DNA of 64,000 nt from Bugula neritina (lineage: Eukaryota > Animalia > Bryozoa): NCBI GenBank assembly GCA_964035545.1, contig OZ037771.1, forward strand, positions 11,846,480-11,910,479. Reading direction: 5' to 3'. The notes beneath the pieces were generated by a model. That model ran no database searches. It was not told the origin of the DNA and saw only the letters and a program-made list of their open reading frames with translations. A program made the position numbers and the translations under genes. Below, piece by piece: positions 44,304 to 57,748 of the stretch; position 1 is the stretch's first letter; each line of letters starts with the position of its first letter.

Positions 44304-46721
44304 TTAACTTTTTCGACCTAAAAGCATAAAAACTTCCATTTGGTAGGTTAATGGTGCTTTTGGATCAGTAGTACCATATGCGTCCATCAGTCTAAAATAG
44401 AATGTACAAAAAGCTATCACGCCATGCGGACAGCTAGACATTGCTGCTCCACCACTACCACACAATAGCAATTTTGGTTAATAACTTTCTATCAAGCTAT
44501 AAACTGTGTTTGTTTAAAGAACCTCTTCAGCAGCTCATTGGTCCAATATATTACCTAGCAAAATAATTATTATGTATGCAAAATTAAAAAAAGAAGCTGC
44601 AATGTAATAGAGCAAGTCTTGAGAAATCAATTAAAACCTAAATTTTTTATGCTGGAAAGTTTGCTGCAATTACACTTCAAACAGTTGCTATATATTAATT
44701 GTTACTGGACCTTGTGCTCTACAATCACCCTTACCCAAGTGTAACTTTTATTTATTTACACAATACTTTTATTTTGTTAACCAGAATGAAAATGGCACAC
44801 AAGTTTACAAAAAAATATGACTAATGCTGCTACCAATTAAGATCTCTTTACTATCACTATGCTATACCCGTATAACAATTATATTAATTGCTCATTAATC
44901 CAATAAACCTATTACAACTGCTTTAAATTAATAGCATTTTTAAGTTATCATTTTTACATTACAGCTTCTTCTTCAAAACACAAAGCATTAAACTAATTGA
45001 AATTTTACGATTTTTATGCTGTTTGTATAATTCTAATGAATACAGATTATGGTGTTATTAACGGCAGTTTAAAGTAAAAACAGTTTGTATATATAATTTA
45101 ACCTTTTTTCACAACTTTTCCACCACACCTTATTTTCATTGCAGCTGTTCACATAGTTGCGAACAAATGATGCAGAGAAACAGAACTTTAGGAAGCCAAC
45201 AATTGTACTATCTATTGTCATGTATACATTGTCAATTCTACAAAACAGCACAGAATGACAAACATATGCCAACTTGTATGATTTTTGCATTTTTTCTTAG
45301 TTTTTCACTTTCAGTGCTTTGTATCATGATGTTCCATTGACCAGGTGATTCTAGTACAATAAACTTAGCTAATTTTATAGAATTTATTTAAGCTAACGCT
45401 TTTTTCTCAGTAAAATATCAAGCAATGCAAACTTCTAACAAGCATATAAAGCTACAAAACAATAGATAAGTCAGCTTTAAGTAATTTTCTTTTTCAAGTT
45501 TTCTACATCATATTATGATTCAGAATATTATGTTTATTGCATAATATTAAAAGGAATATTAGAATTTGCATATCTACATGCTCGAACTAATTAACTTGAT
45601 AAAACTTTAGCAATTGAAACAAAGTTAAAAAGTTGAAATAATAAGTCTATTATAGAATACACAAACTAAGAACACAATTAGAATTGAATCTCACAGTTAT
45701 AATACATATAATATAATATATACAAAAATTACCTTTTTCTGTCCGTGTAAGGGATCTGTATACTTGGATATGTGTATTTCTTAATAATGATCATGCTATA
45801 GTCTGAAGATTCTAGGTCTTGAGCAGAACTTACCCTTTCAGGTATCTGTAATTTTATAAAAAATTGATTTCAGTTTCTCATAATTTTTTATTTCTTGCAT
45901 AAATGTTTCACGCTGAATAACCTGACAGTTTGAGCTAAGTTTGGTTTTGGATGCAGTCACTTTTTAGATGGTCCAGTAAATGAGGCATTTTTAGATGTAT
46001 ATATATGTTGTCGCATAAAACTGTAGCCATAGGTTTACACAAGCAGTTCTTTGTTGAGGTTATCAAACCTTTATGATCAATTATAGTTCAAAACTAGAAA
46101 AATAACATATTACACAGTGTTGAAGGTTTTGCTGCAAACAGACTTAAATACATCATTGAATGAAATAATTCCTACAGAAAATTAGGCTGGAATTTTGACA
46201 CCACACTTTTGAAATTTGAACCATTCAATACCAGTCATAACACCATTATAAATATTATTGTTTTATTAGTAGGCATTTAGGTGGCGACGCATGTTCATTT
46301 TCTGTTTCACCATTTGACATTTTTAGTGTCATATAATGAGCAATGGCTATACTACAATCACTCGGCTATTATATGTGAGTCATGAATTTACACTACCGCT
46401 GCTTCTACTTTACTAATCACCATTTCACTATACCTGCTGTTTTATAGTGTCAGAAAAATTCAATATTCTACAAAAATTGAGCTGCGGTTAATGGTGTATT
46501 ATACCTCATTCATGATATGAGAAAGTTTCTCTGCGTTTGGATGTCCCACCACTCTGTACTCCTGACAGTCATATGAGAAAGCAGCAATAACTCCTCCAGG
46601 AACCAGAACTCTGTGACATTCTTTGTAGAACTTTTCATGGTCTAGAAACATCAGACCGGTAGCTACTTGCACAAGAGCTACAGAACTATCGTTCAAAGGC
46701 AGTGCTTCTCCGCTAGCCACT
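44304..46721 (-). pseudogene. Methyltransferase copy D (exons 3-6 only; 5' exons not found)
   Basis: Exons 46721-46505, 45845-45733, 45237-45103 and 44391-44304 are open with canonical GT-AG and paralog-matching lengths (217, 113, 135). No RPxYP or DxGCGPG exon was seen upstream on the minus strand. HW is replaced by MF. Confidence 0.75.
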
Positions 46722-47324
46722 CTAAAAAAAACTTAAAAACTTCATCTGTTGTGATTGAAATTACCAAGTTTTTTTAATCATGAAAAGCTTTCAAAATTGT
46801 GAGAAAAGAAAATATTTTATCAAAGCTGAAAGTGGTATCATATTTCTTTTTATAACCAATACTTATTAATTCACAAAGTTTATATAGCCACTATATCTCT
46901 GTGGGGACTTTTGATAGAAAAGGTTTTTAACTCTCATCCTATATGTAGATATTTTACTCGCAACTCTTCCGGAAAGAGGTTCATTTAGACCCAATCTACA
47001 GTATGTGAATTTATAATGAATATTGCTAACAAACAAAATTGTTACTTCGAGCTTATTATAATAATTAAAACATAAAGCTGTGACCATAAAAATTACTCAG
47101 TTTTAGCAATTGTTCTATTCTAACTAAGCCATAATTACAACTTTCCACCCCAAAAATTAACCACATTTTAATTTAGATATTTTGCTTATTTTTTATAACA
47201 GAATCACATAAAACCCCATTGAAGTTGTACAGAGTCTAAATGCTAAAAAGCAAGCGGAAGCAAAAAACAAACAACTCTGAATACAGAATTTATATTACTT
47301 ACAAAGTTAAATGACTGGAGTTCG

Positions 47325-47900
47325 TTTAACCCCAAATATATTTGAATTGATTCAATAATTATTGAATGAAAAAATGTTATCAGTTAGGACACATCACAAG
47401 CAACGATCATTACACTAAAAAAGTCAGTTCCATGTATGTAGAACTTAAGAAGTTGTCCCTGAAACAGATTCTAAAAATCACGGTATGGTGACAAGTTGTC
47501 AGTTGCTTGCCTTTCATCTCAAATTGCTCGATTATGAAACCTGAGATATTTCAAGATATCAGTTAATCTGGTCCTATAGAGATATTTGCTGTGAGAATGG
47601 GCTTTTCCTTGTCTGACCACAGTGAACAAATTGGCTGGTAATTAGACCATATATATGCAGTCCTACCAGAGGACAAAGCTCAATTAAACCTTTCATTTCA
47701 GTGGCATCAACAGCTTTTCACACATTTGGTTGTCCTGGATTGCGCTATTCTGTGATATAGCCCTTGGATTCTCAATCGGTTTTTAGAATAGCAAGATTAC
47801 CCATGGTTGAGGTAATAAAGAAATCAAATGCCTCTATTTCTAAGTCACGGTTAGCAGCATCGGTAAGGCCTGGTTGCGGTCACTCACCCTAGTTTAATGT
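47325..47900 (-). mobile_element. piggyBac-type transposase relic
   Basis: Broken minus-strand translation EAFDFFIT..., VDATEMKGLI..., SLWSD, ILKYLRFHNRAI*DERQATDNLSPYRDF*NLFQGQLLKFYIHG matches the piggyBac LRFDN..R..R...DKLAP.R region preceding the first catalytic Asp. Confidence 0.7.
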
Positions 47901-48002
47901 GTACAGATATGGCTTACAACTGATGGAGTTGGTCTCATATTGAGAGAGGACATAACAACTTCTATTTAAGTCATATGAAATTAGAACATGACACACATAC
48001 AC

Positions 48003-48345
<343 letters not shown>

Positions 48346-51300
48346 CTTGACCTTCTTGCAGCAAAAAATCTTCTATATCCTATACCAGGTCGACTCGTTT
48401 AAGGCAGCATTGCAAATTTTAGCAATCATAGAAGCTACCTTTACCAATGAAACCAATTTATATATCCGAACATCATCATATTTTGTTAGATTTTAGAACA
48501 TAGACTATCCTTTGCAGCATGAAAGTAAATGAAGATAATTTTGTAAAAGCTGATCAACTTGGCAAGCATCAGTGCATCAACATAGGTGAAGAAAGCACAT
48601 GTATAACAAAATATTTTCAGGGATGTCAAAGTGTCGATCTAAATAACTGCCAAAAAATTAAAGTATCAACCTTTCCTCTTAATTAGATATAAATGCTATA
48701 TACATTGTTTTACTTTTAAGTAAAAATGCCAAGGCCTTGTAATTATGCCACGGAGTTATTGGCATTAAATCGAATCACATTAACTGATGGCGGCTTAGTT
48801 ATGAGCTAGAAACTTATCAACATGTTCTAAAAAATCAGAGTTGTTAAGTCAACAAGGGAAAGAAATATACATAACATAATTATCAAGATTGTAAATCTGG
48901 TGTGTACAGCCCTTTTAAAACTACAGAAATAAAAATGTTTTGGTTGCAAAAGATAACAGAATAATTATACTGGCAACAGCTTGCTAATAAGCAGTAGCTT
49001 GAAACTCTGCAGTAATACTAAGCATTATATGGCCTAATGGTTTGCTATTAGATTCATAATGCAGGAAGCAACATTATATCCTATTGTTTGCTCTTTGTTT
49101 CGATATTTTTAGTCAGATAAACTTATGAAGCCTTCAAAATATTGTGATGTATTAGTACTATATTCCGAAGAGCAGCTTATTGTCGGACATAATATATACT
49201 TTGGAGAGTTAATATTTGCTCTTAAAAGTTTTCAAAAGTAGTTTTGTGTGGTGATATAATGTTCTATTCTCTTTATGGTTAAAAACGTAATATTTTTGGC
49301 TTAGCAAAACACTCCTGGCTTTGACAGCATTAGAAAAAGCCAATATTCAATTTAAGAAATACTTTTAATCAGGAGTTATCACAGGCATATTGACTATAAA
49401 TTATCATATAAGTTCATTAATGTCAGTAACTCTACGTAGGTACTAATTTCCATTGGTTAACCTCAGAACTATTTATTGTTATGCTTTTGAAAGCATCCAA
49501 CATTCTTAGAACCCTAATACCCTGCATTTCCAACAAAAGGATATATTTTTGCACACAAGTAATTTTAACTAAGGTACCATGATTATATATAAACAATAAC
49601 ATACTGCACATATATGTAGGACAATTAGGTATCGAAATATGCTATGCATAATCAGATAATTACAGCAAATGTTTTAGTATAGTGTTATTACGTACTATAA
49701 TCATCATCTTATAGATTGGCTCTTTAGTTGTTTGGATTTGAGCAAGAAATCTTCAAAGTTTCATGCATCCAACTTCAGAGAATTACATTTTCCAACAAGT
49801 AATGTAGGTTCTGTAAATCATAGAATGAATACCCATTAATGAAGTTGACAAATCGAGCTGCATGCTACTTTAGTTATAAATAATTGCAACATTTCTGATT
49901 TGATAGGCAACCTGGCACATAATTCTAGTCAATATAAATAGTTCATGTTGAGATCAACCAAGTTAAATAATAGAAGTAACAAAAACCTTGTCACTCAGAT
50001 TAAAATCTGCACCATAACTTTTTAATAGCAGTCCTCACATATTTAGCACATACTTGACTATAAAACTTTTACTTAAAACATTTCTTAGATGAATGAGACA
50101 CAAGAACTGATCCCAATTGAGAAAAGATATAATAATGTCAAACTGATAGTGCTGACTATGTGCAGTTTAGACTAAAGGACCCCATAGTTGTGTTTGAGAG
50201 TATTTTGAAATACAGTAGAAAAGTTGTTAAGCATTCTACAAAAATGTAGATATTCCCAAGGACACACGCAATGCTTTGGGCAACTGCATAGTTTTATGAT
50301 GCATTCTTCAACAATATCAATTGATAGATTATAACGGCCTCAAAAGCCCATGGCTAACGCCTTTCAATCAAAGTTTGTCCTCATTTTAAGTATTTTTTTT
50401 ACTGAATAATATAACCATTTAACTAAAACAAGGAGTGATTTTTAAAGCTTACATATAAGCATGAATGATGTTTTAAAAACCTACAACAAGCTGACAATTT
50501 TTTATTTTAGGTAAGGGTTTTATTGCTTGCTTTATATGCTATTTATAATTATATAACCAAAGATTAGCAAATATATACTGCAAATCATTTTTTATATATA
50601 TGGCTGAAATATTATTTTAAATAAAAAATTAAATAAAAAAAAGATACTGGAGATACTTGTGCCACTCAAACTGCCACTACACTTTCCTTTCCAGACGGCT
50701 GGCAGCTTCACCCAAAAAGCAATAGGCAGCTTTTGCATATTATTTGAAAACTTTTTTTTAACTTCAAGAATAGCATCTTGTGTAATACAGTTTTTGGTGT
50801 TCAGTGAGCAGGCGACTCTATTTTCAGAATTGTGCTCCCTTTATTTTTAAACAAGATGCAACCACCTGTAAAAAAATCGGTTTTTTGATTGATAAATAAA
50901 CAGCATGCCAATTGCCAGGGATTGTTTTTTGTTTCAACAATAAAGATACGGTATACTGTTTTTGGCCTTTTGTTGTTATATTATGTTCTTCTAATGTTAT
51001 ATGTGTATATGATGAAACAACTCTAACCTGTGCACATTTGCCACAATAATATGTAGATCATAGTAATTTTTGCTATTATAGTCTTAATTTTATAGCAAGT
51101 AGCATTTTATTAGAACAAACTAAGCAATTTTTGCCCTAAAATATAGCCAAAAACTTACAGTGTTGGTTGAACTATCTCGATAGAAGCTTAAAAAAATTGA
51201 GGTTTATTAAATGAAAAAAAATTATTATTTTATATTTTTAAGAGTTACTTGCTATAAAATAGTATAAAAGTTGATCACTAGTAACCATAGGAACATGTAA

Positions 51301-51505
51301 ATGTAAATTTATTACCTGCTTTAATTAAAATTTGATTTAACAGTCGCTGCCTCAATCAGTCTATTCCAGGTTGTTAAAATAGCCGATTATTGCAGCTAAT
51401 ATTATGAAATAGCAAAAGACTATAAAAGCTCAGTTGGGCATAACAATCGAAGGATGTACTGTGTTTATGTTAAGTTAAGAACTAGTGAGCAAGTCGTTAT
51501 AATTA

Positions 51506-51616
51506 GATTGCTGCAATATTTTCAACTAACAAATACTAATACATGTATTAGTATTTGTTAGTTAAAAATATTGCAGCAATCCTAATTCTCGTACGCGTAC
51601 GTACAAGAATTAGGAT
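51506..51616. repeat. 76-bp spacerless palindrome plus an overlapping second hairpin
   Basis: 51506-51543 and 51544-51581 are 37/38 complementary. ATCCTAATTCT...AGAATTAGGAT spans 51579-51616. Confidence 0.9.
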
Positions 51617-51906
51617 CTATATTACACCATTATTATAAGCGCTCTACGTACTTTAGTGATTTAATCTTCAAGCTTGAGAAAAGCTCCAATCAAAACCAAT
51701 CTAGCTAATAAAACCTGACAGTGTGAGAAAATTGAATAAAAGTCATATTTATATAACTACTATGAAAAGTAATTTCTTGCCTATTCAAGGACAATTTATT
51801 TATGGGATATAACGTTCACATAGAGATGGTAAAAGTGTCCAGTAAGTAAATGTTTCTTTACAGTATGCTTTATTACAAATATCTTGTAAACTAAAGGTAT
51901 AACGCT

Positions 51907-52028
<122 letters not shown>

Positions 52029-53197
52029 AGCGTTATACCTTGCTTGTACTTAATTTTGTATTTCAATAACATAACTTCACATTCTATGTTGTGCTTATAC
52101 CTTCACAATTTTTAGTCAGAAATTCAATTCGACCGAGTTGAAATTTCGCCGATTTACATTGCATTGTAAAAGCTACTTGTCAAATTTTTGTACTCTAATA
52201 AGTTAATTGCACAGTTCACAATAATGATAAAAAGAAATAATAACTTTTTGTAAGTATCAGTATTTAAAACGACTTTGCTTGGCGATTAGATGACGTACTT
52301 ATATGCGTATAATTATGTCGGCTACGCTTTCTCAATTATCGCTTTTATGCTGATAGCTTTACTAATCCTTGAAATTTTCAAATAGCGATTAGGTGAGTCA
52401 CTAATATAATTCCACCAAGTTTTGGTAAAACTATAAAGGGTTACCCAGACGAGTGTTATTAACTGAAACTCGGGACTTTTTCAGCAGAGGTATAAACGCA
52501 ACTTTACAGTAACAAGATATCCACCACCTTACGTCATTCATGTAGTTTCACTTTGTGTCAGAACTTTTAACTTTTATTCAAGCTCTGAGGATAAATACAG
52601 TGGTATTTTAGATATTGGCTTATTTTGTTTTAACATAAATGCAGTGGGAATAAAAATGTTCTTTGTTTATTAATCTCTAATGGAATTACAATCCTCGTAA
52701 GAGTAGATTACTGTGTTATAATATTTTGTAGCGAGCTTGTTGGTTATAATATTTCTGAATGAAGTTACAGCAGTCAGTAAGTTTCATATAGTCTATTGAT
52801 ATAACTGATCAACGAATCTTGGCTATTGGTATGAAATAATGAGTACTTTTAATAAAAACTGATTTACTCAAAAGCCTTATAAATCAACTTACAGAGATAC
52901 AAGCGGATGTTCTAAATTTTGTAACCATTCTTTTCTTTATAGCCTTTCTGCAACTGATTTCGTCTATGCAATCGTTTTTTCAAAAAGCGTCAAGTAACAA
53001 GCAAAAAATTCATCAATTGCTCTTAGATTGTGGTCTTTTATATCAAGTAGAATTTACCAAGTTTCAATAAAGCTATATAAAAGAGTGCGTGTGGAGTTCT
53101 TTGCAAGCAATTTAATGTACTATTAAAAGAAGTGTAGACAAATTTTTCAGTTTAAATCAAATTATTAAAAGAAAATTCACACTCATGTTAATTATAG

Positions 53198-55791
53198 TTC
53201 AGACTTGTGACCAGGCTCAACCATGCATAACCATAACTGAAGGTGAGTGCACTAATGGAGCTAGAAGAGTCTGTATGAAAAGAGTTGAAACTGGATGTGG
53301 GGACACTGGCACCACTGTGAGTGCCTGCACCAAGGGAGGTACAAGCACCACACCATACTAGTTGAAATATAGTCATTCATAGTCAGGGTTTTCAGCTAAA
53401 AGCTCACAGTGAGAGCAGAATCATAACAAGGTATATATGTGTTTATATTTTAGCCATAACAGAAAGTGGGATTGAACCTTTTTATGTTGGAATTGGAGGA
53501 AATAGTGAGATATGCGGTGATTTTCCTGCAAACCCAGCTACGTTTGGCATCAGGGATTCTGCTGGAACGATTTCAGGATCTGTCAACCGTAGGTCTATAA
53601 GCATCAGAATCGTTAGAATCAGTACAATTGTATTTGTTTATGTTCTGCATTGACAAATAAAAACTCATCTAAGTCATCACAATTAATATGGCTAATACTT
53701 GCTTGTTGCTTATTTTCAGCTTGGTGGGGTGTTTTCGATGGGCGAGGAATAGGATGCGGTCCAAGGGGGTATGTTGATATTTGTGAAGCTGGAGTGAACA
53801 ATGATCTACAAATAGTAGCCTCCTTTGATGGTCCCCCACCCACAAATGCACCGGTTCCAACGCTAGGAGGAGGGGTAGCATTTCCAACTGTATTGCCAGT
53901 AACCATTACACTAGCGACAACTCTGGCACCAACAACCACTCTAGTACCAACTACTACAACTGCAACAACAACCACCACAACTGCATCAACAACCAGTACT
54001 ATTGGACCCAATTCCCTGGAATGTCTAAACTGTTTTATTGCTAATATAAACCTCATTTCCTGTTTATCTTCATGTGGAGCCAGTAGCAGAGTAGTGATAT
54101 GCCCGTACTTACCTCAGTGTGGATCTAGAATCTTCCCTTGTCAAGCTCTAGTAAGACAAATTAAAAGTTACAAAATCTAACAATGAAATATGTTTGTTTA
54201 AACTTTAGTTTTATATCAAATTAAAAACTATATTGAATAGCAAGCAGCCAATAAAAGGCATTTGTGTTTAGTTTATCAGTAAGTTATTTTAGCTACTAAA
54301 CATTTAAATTAGTTGTAAGCGCTTAGACAGAGAGAGCTAACAAAAATTGATACAAAAACCATCATTAAATCTCAAACGCAGCTATTTCTTCTTTAGTACA
54401 TATAGACGATCTCTCACGCAGTTCTAATTCAATGCCTAGAACTCAAATCTCATCTGTTCTGAAAATGTTTTAGCTTTATTTGGTAAAAATTAACTAAATG
54501 ATCACGGCTAACTATAGCAGGAATTTATTAACCAAGTGTGTGATAAACAATTTATTGACTATTGTCTTGTATAACTGCAAAGTTCAGTAACTGAGTTAGC
54601 CTAGGGCCACACTGTACGTATTTTTTCGTTCGAAAATTGAAACCACAAGCAGCAAAGGTGTCCACTGTAGCATCAGTGATGCGTGATAAATAAGGCTTTG
54701 ATTTTTAAATCGCACTCGCTTTCAATAAAACGCAATTTACTGGAATGTAGCACTAAAATAAAGAAATTGGGCTCGCTGAATAACTACCAGCCAATTAGTT
54801 GACGACGACAGAGGCGATTCGCACTTGCGTTGAGAATGCTGAGCGAAAAGTGCGAATGTTTTCTCAATGCGTACAGTGGACACCTTTACTACTTGTGATT
54901 TCAATTTTCGCGTGCGAAGATACGCATAGTGTGGCCCTAGGCTTACTGCTAGGTAATTAAATGCCTATAAGCTTCACCTGCCTGCAGCTGTATTACACTA
55001 GCCCCAGCAATTGCAATGCCAACATTGTTGATAAGTGTGCTGTTATTATTGTAGCCTTGTCCAGGAAACTGGTGTGATTGGAAATCCTATGACTCATGCA
55101 CAGGAAGTTGTGTAAATGGAATCGCTATACCAGGCACTCAGAGAAGGAGGAGAGTTTGCGCTTGCTTACCACCAGAATCTCCTCTTGGTCCTACATGTGA
55201 AGGAGAGTTTGAACAGATCAGAGACTGTGATCCACCAGTAAGGCGTTTGCTCTCGTATAATTAGATTACGTGATAATGCACCAGAAGGCATATGTGGATA
55301 AATGATGCAGTTTTTATCTAGAAAAATAAGCTTCTTCAATGAGACTTATGTATAATTATATGGGTGCTACTTAGTAAACTTTTCATTCTTCAAAGTTAGA
55401 ATCGTATTAGTGGAAATTATAAAACATCGTAAATTTGGTACTAGATGAATCAAAGTCTTATGATATTTTAAATAAATTTGCTTACATTTTGTAGTATAAA
55501 ACATGTCGCAGATTGATATTAACAAAGTTTCAGACCAGATAATTTGTTAGATCACAATCAGCAACACTCCAATTGCAAATAATTATCAAACTTTGCAAAA
55601 TAGTTTGACATTTATTTCACTTTTATCATTCCTAGGTCTGTCTACCTTCAAGTATAGTGATTATAAGAGGTAAACCCCAAAGAAGAAGAACGTCAAAAAC
55701 AAAAAAAAATAAGCAGAGGAGAAGAAAGCGCCAAAAAGTCATAAGAAGTCAACGTCGACGTAACAAGAAAATCAGAATCAAGAGAAATTAA
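53198..55791 (+). CDS. Putative extracellular protein: Cys-rich region, Thr/Pro mucin-like linker, Cys module, thrombospondin type-1 repeat, Arg/Lys-rich tail (start exon unresolved)
   Basis: Exons 53198-53338, 53454-53588, 53720-54150, 55055-55237 and 55636-55791 have GT-AG sites and compatible phases (1,1,0,0), giving about 348 codons without a stop. TSP1 signature GNWCDWKSYDSCTGSC...GTQRRRRVC...CEG...Q.RDC. Confidence 0.8.
54599..54942. mobile_element. PIF/Harbinger-type (Tourist-like) MITE, 344 bp, intronic
   Basis: TIRs GCCTAGGGCCACACT... / ...AGTGTGGCCCTAGGC extend imperfectly about 70 bp. TTA target-site duplication at 54596-54598 and 54943-54945. Confidence 0.88.
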
Positions 55792-57003
55792 ACATGAGGG
55801 AAAATTCATGAAGGAGCCATGCTTTAAGCTCAAACCACCATGAAAAAAGCAAAAAAAATTGATAGACTGAAATAAGCTTTTAGTTTTCATATCTTATAAT
55901 GTTTCAAACATATACTCGCCACTACATTCAATGGTTGGCAGGAATAAATGGTAGCTGTGCTGCATTTGTTAATTCATTAGCTTATGAATAATTAGAAATG
56001 CTGAAGCTTGTCAATTTAATATACTACATAGAAGTATGTGAATTACAGTCTAACAAAATTATAAAACAATTATTTCTATCTTCTTATGCAGCTGATAGTT
56101 ATTGAAGAACAGATATAGAGCAGTTGTAAACAATTAGCAATTCATTATGCGAAGTATTAGCTTCTAATCATTCTTTACTAGTTACACAAAGTTTAGACTA
56201 GTGATGATTGACAAGTCTACAAAAAATAGCGCTAATCTGACCATTAATTAATTACAAAAGCAAATGTTGATAGGATTCTTGGAAAAATAATTAAAATAAT
56301 TTGACGTGTTTGTTATGATAAAAATCATTTTGAATTTTCTTTGCTGCTATATGATCAGGATTATGCCTGTTGATTAGCGTCACAGATAAAAGGGTAATTG
56401 CCAGCTTTCAACAAGAAAAATGAACTTAATAATAATTTAATGTAAATTTAATCCAACCACTTACAAACCAAAAATGCTTTAAGTAGGGCATTTTTACGTG
56501 GCAATCCAAGAGTTTGTCTTTAGTCAGGCTATATGCTCATTTAGACAATGCATATAAAATTTGTACTAAATCATCAAGTTTAATTCTACACGTAGCTGAG
56601 CTGCACTCTAAACTTGAGAATTATGAGAAAGACCACTTCAAACCTTAAGATTCATACAACCACATTTATCAAGCTTCTATAAAATGCAATCTCAGGGATT
56701 ATCTCAGTAGTGTCTGGGGTTGAAATTGTAATATGTTTATCGATTAAATAGTTTAGTATCAAAGTTTAAACGTTATAATGGGGTACAAGTTAAACTGCTA
56801 TTTATACTATGTTTAAGATTATATGCAATTAAGCTATAAATGCCCAGACCTTAGAAATTATATATTTAATACATTGGGAATTTCTCAAAAGCTTCATCAT
56901 ACATTTTTTACATTATAACATTTGCTGCCATACTGACGCATCAATAAAAAATATCCAGGAATGGTTAACCAATTATAATGGAGATGGCATTGGCTTTGCT
57001 AAA

Positions 57004-57005
57004 AG

Positions 57006-57072
<67 letters not shown>

Positions 57073-57076
57073 GTGT
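57004..57076. repeat. (TG)n microsatellite
   Basis: Direct reading of the sequence. Confidence 0.95.
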
Positions 57077-57748
57077 TATATAGTAAATTTTTGACAGCTT
57101 ATTAAACATTTTTATTTTCATCAAAAAATTTGAAACATACCTGCAAGTTTGTATTGGGTTTGTATACAAACTATAAAGCAAAGCATTTCAAGTTACTTTA
57201 CAAAAAAATAAAAATTATATTATTACCACAAATTGGATCTGAATGCAGCAATCATGCATTGGCACCCAGGGCTTATAAATTGTTAAGTTGAGTTAGTTGA
57301 CATAATAAAATCATACTTCATAAATTCTCTCTGTTCATTGTTTGATATTTTTTCACAACAGCAACTGCTGCATCATTTCTGCAAAAACTTATAACTTTAT
57401 AGTAGTTAATGAGCTAATTAAATTGCTCTTAGAATAATGGTTTGCATTACTTTTCACTATTTGCAGCCATTCAATTATACCAGGATACAAATGCTTGTTA
57501 CACCAGTTGATACCCTATATAGCTGTTTAATTAGATTCAATGTTGGTATTGGTAAATTAAGTTGCATTTCCCTATATTGTTGAGACCTATCATCTCATAT
57601 CATGCAATAGGTGCTATATTTTGACAGAATTGCAGTTTATGTTAATAGGCCCAAATTCTTATTACATTTCGAAGTAAATTATATCAGTTAAAGTTGGAGA
57701 TCTTCTGCATCTTTTAACCTTTTACATATTTAGTAACAGAGTAAGGCA

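Noticed and set aside
55055-55791. Calling the TSP1 plus basic-tail gene R-spondin
   Set aside because: No furin-like Cys repeats are evident, and it has a mucin stalk that R-spondins lack.
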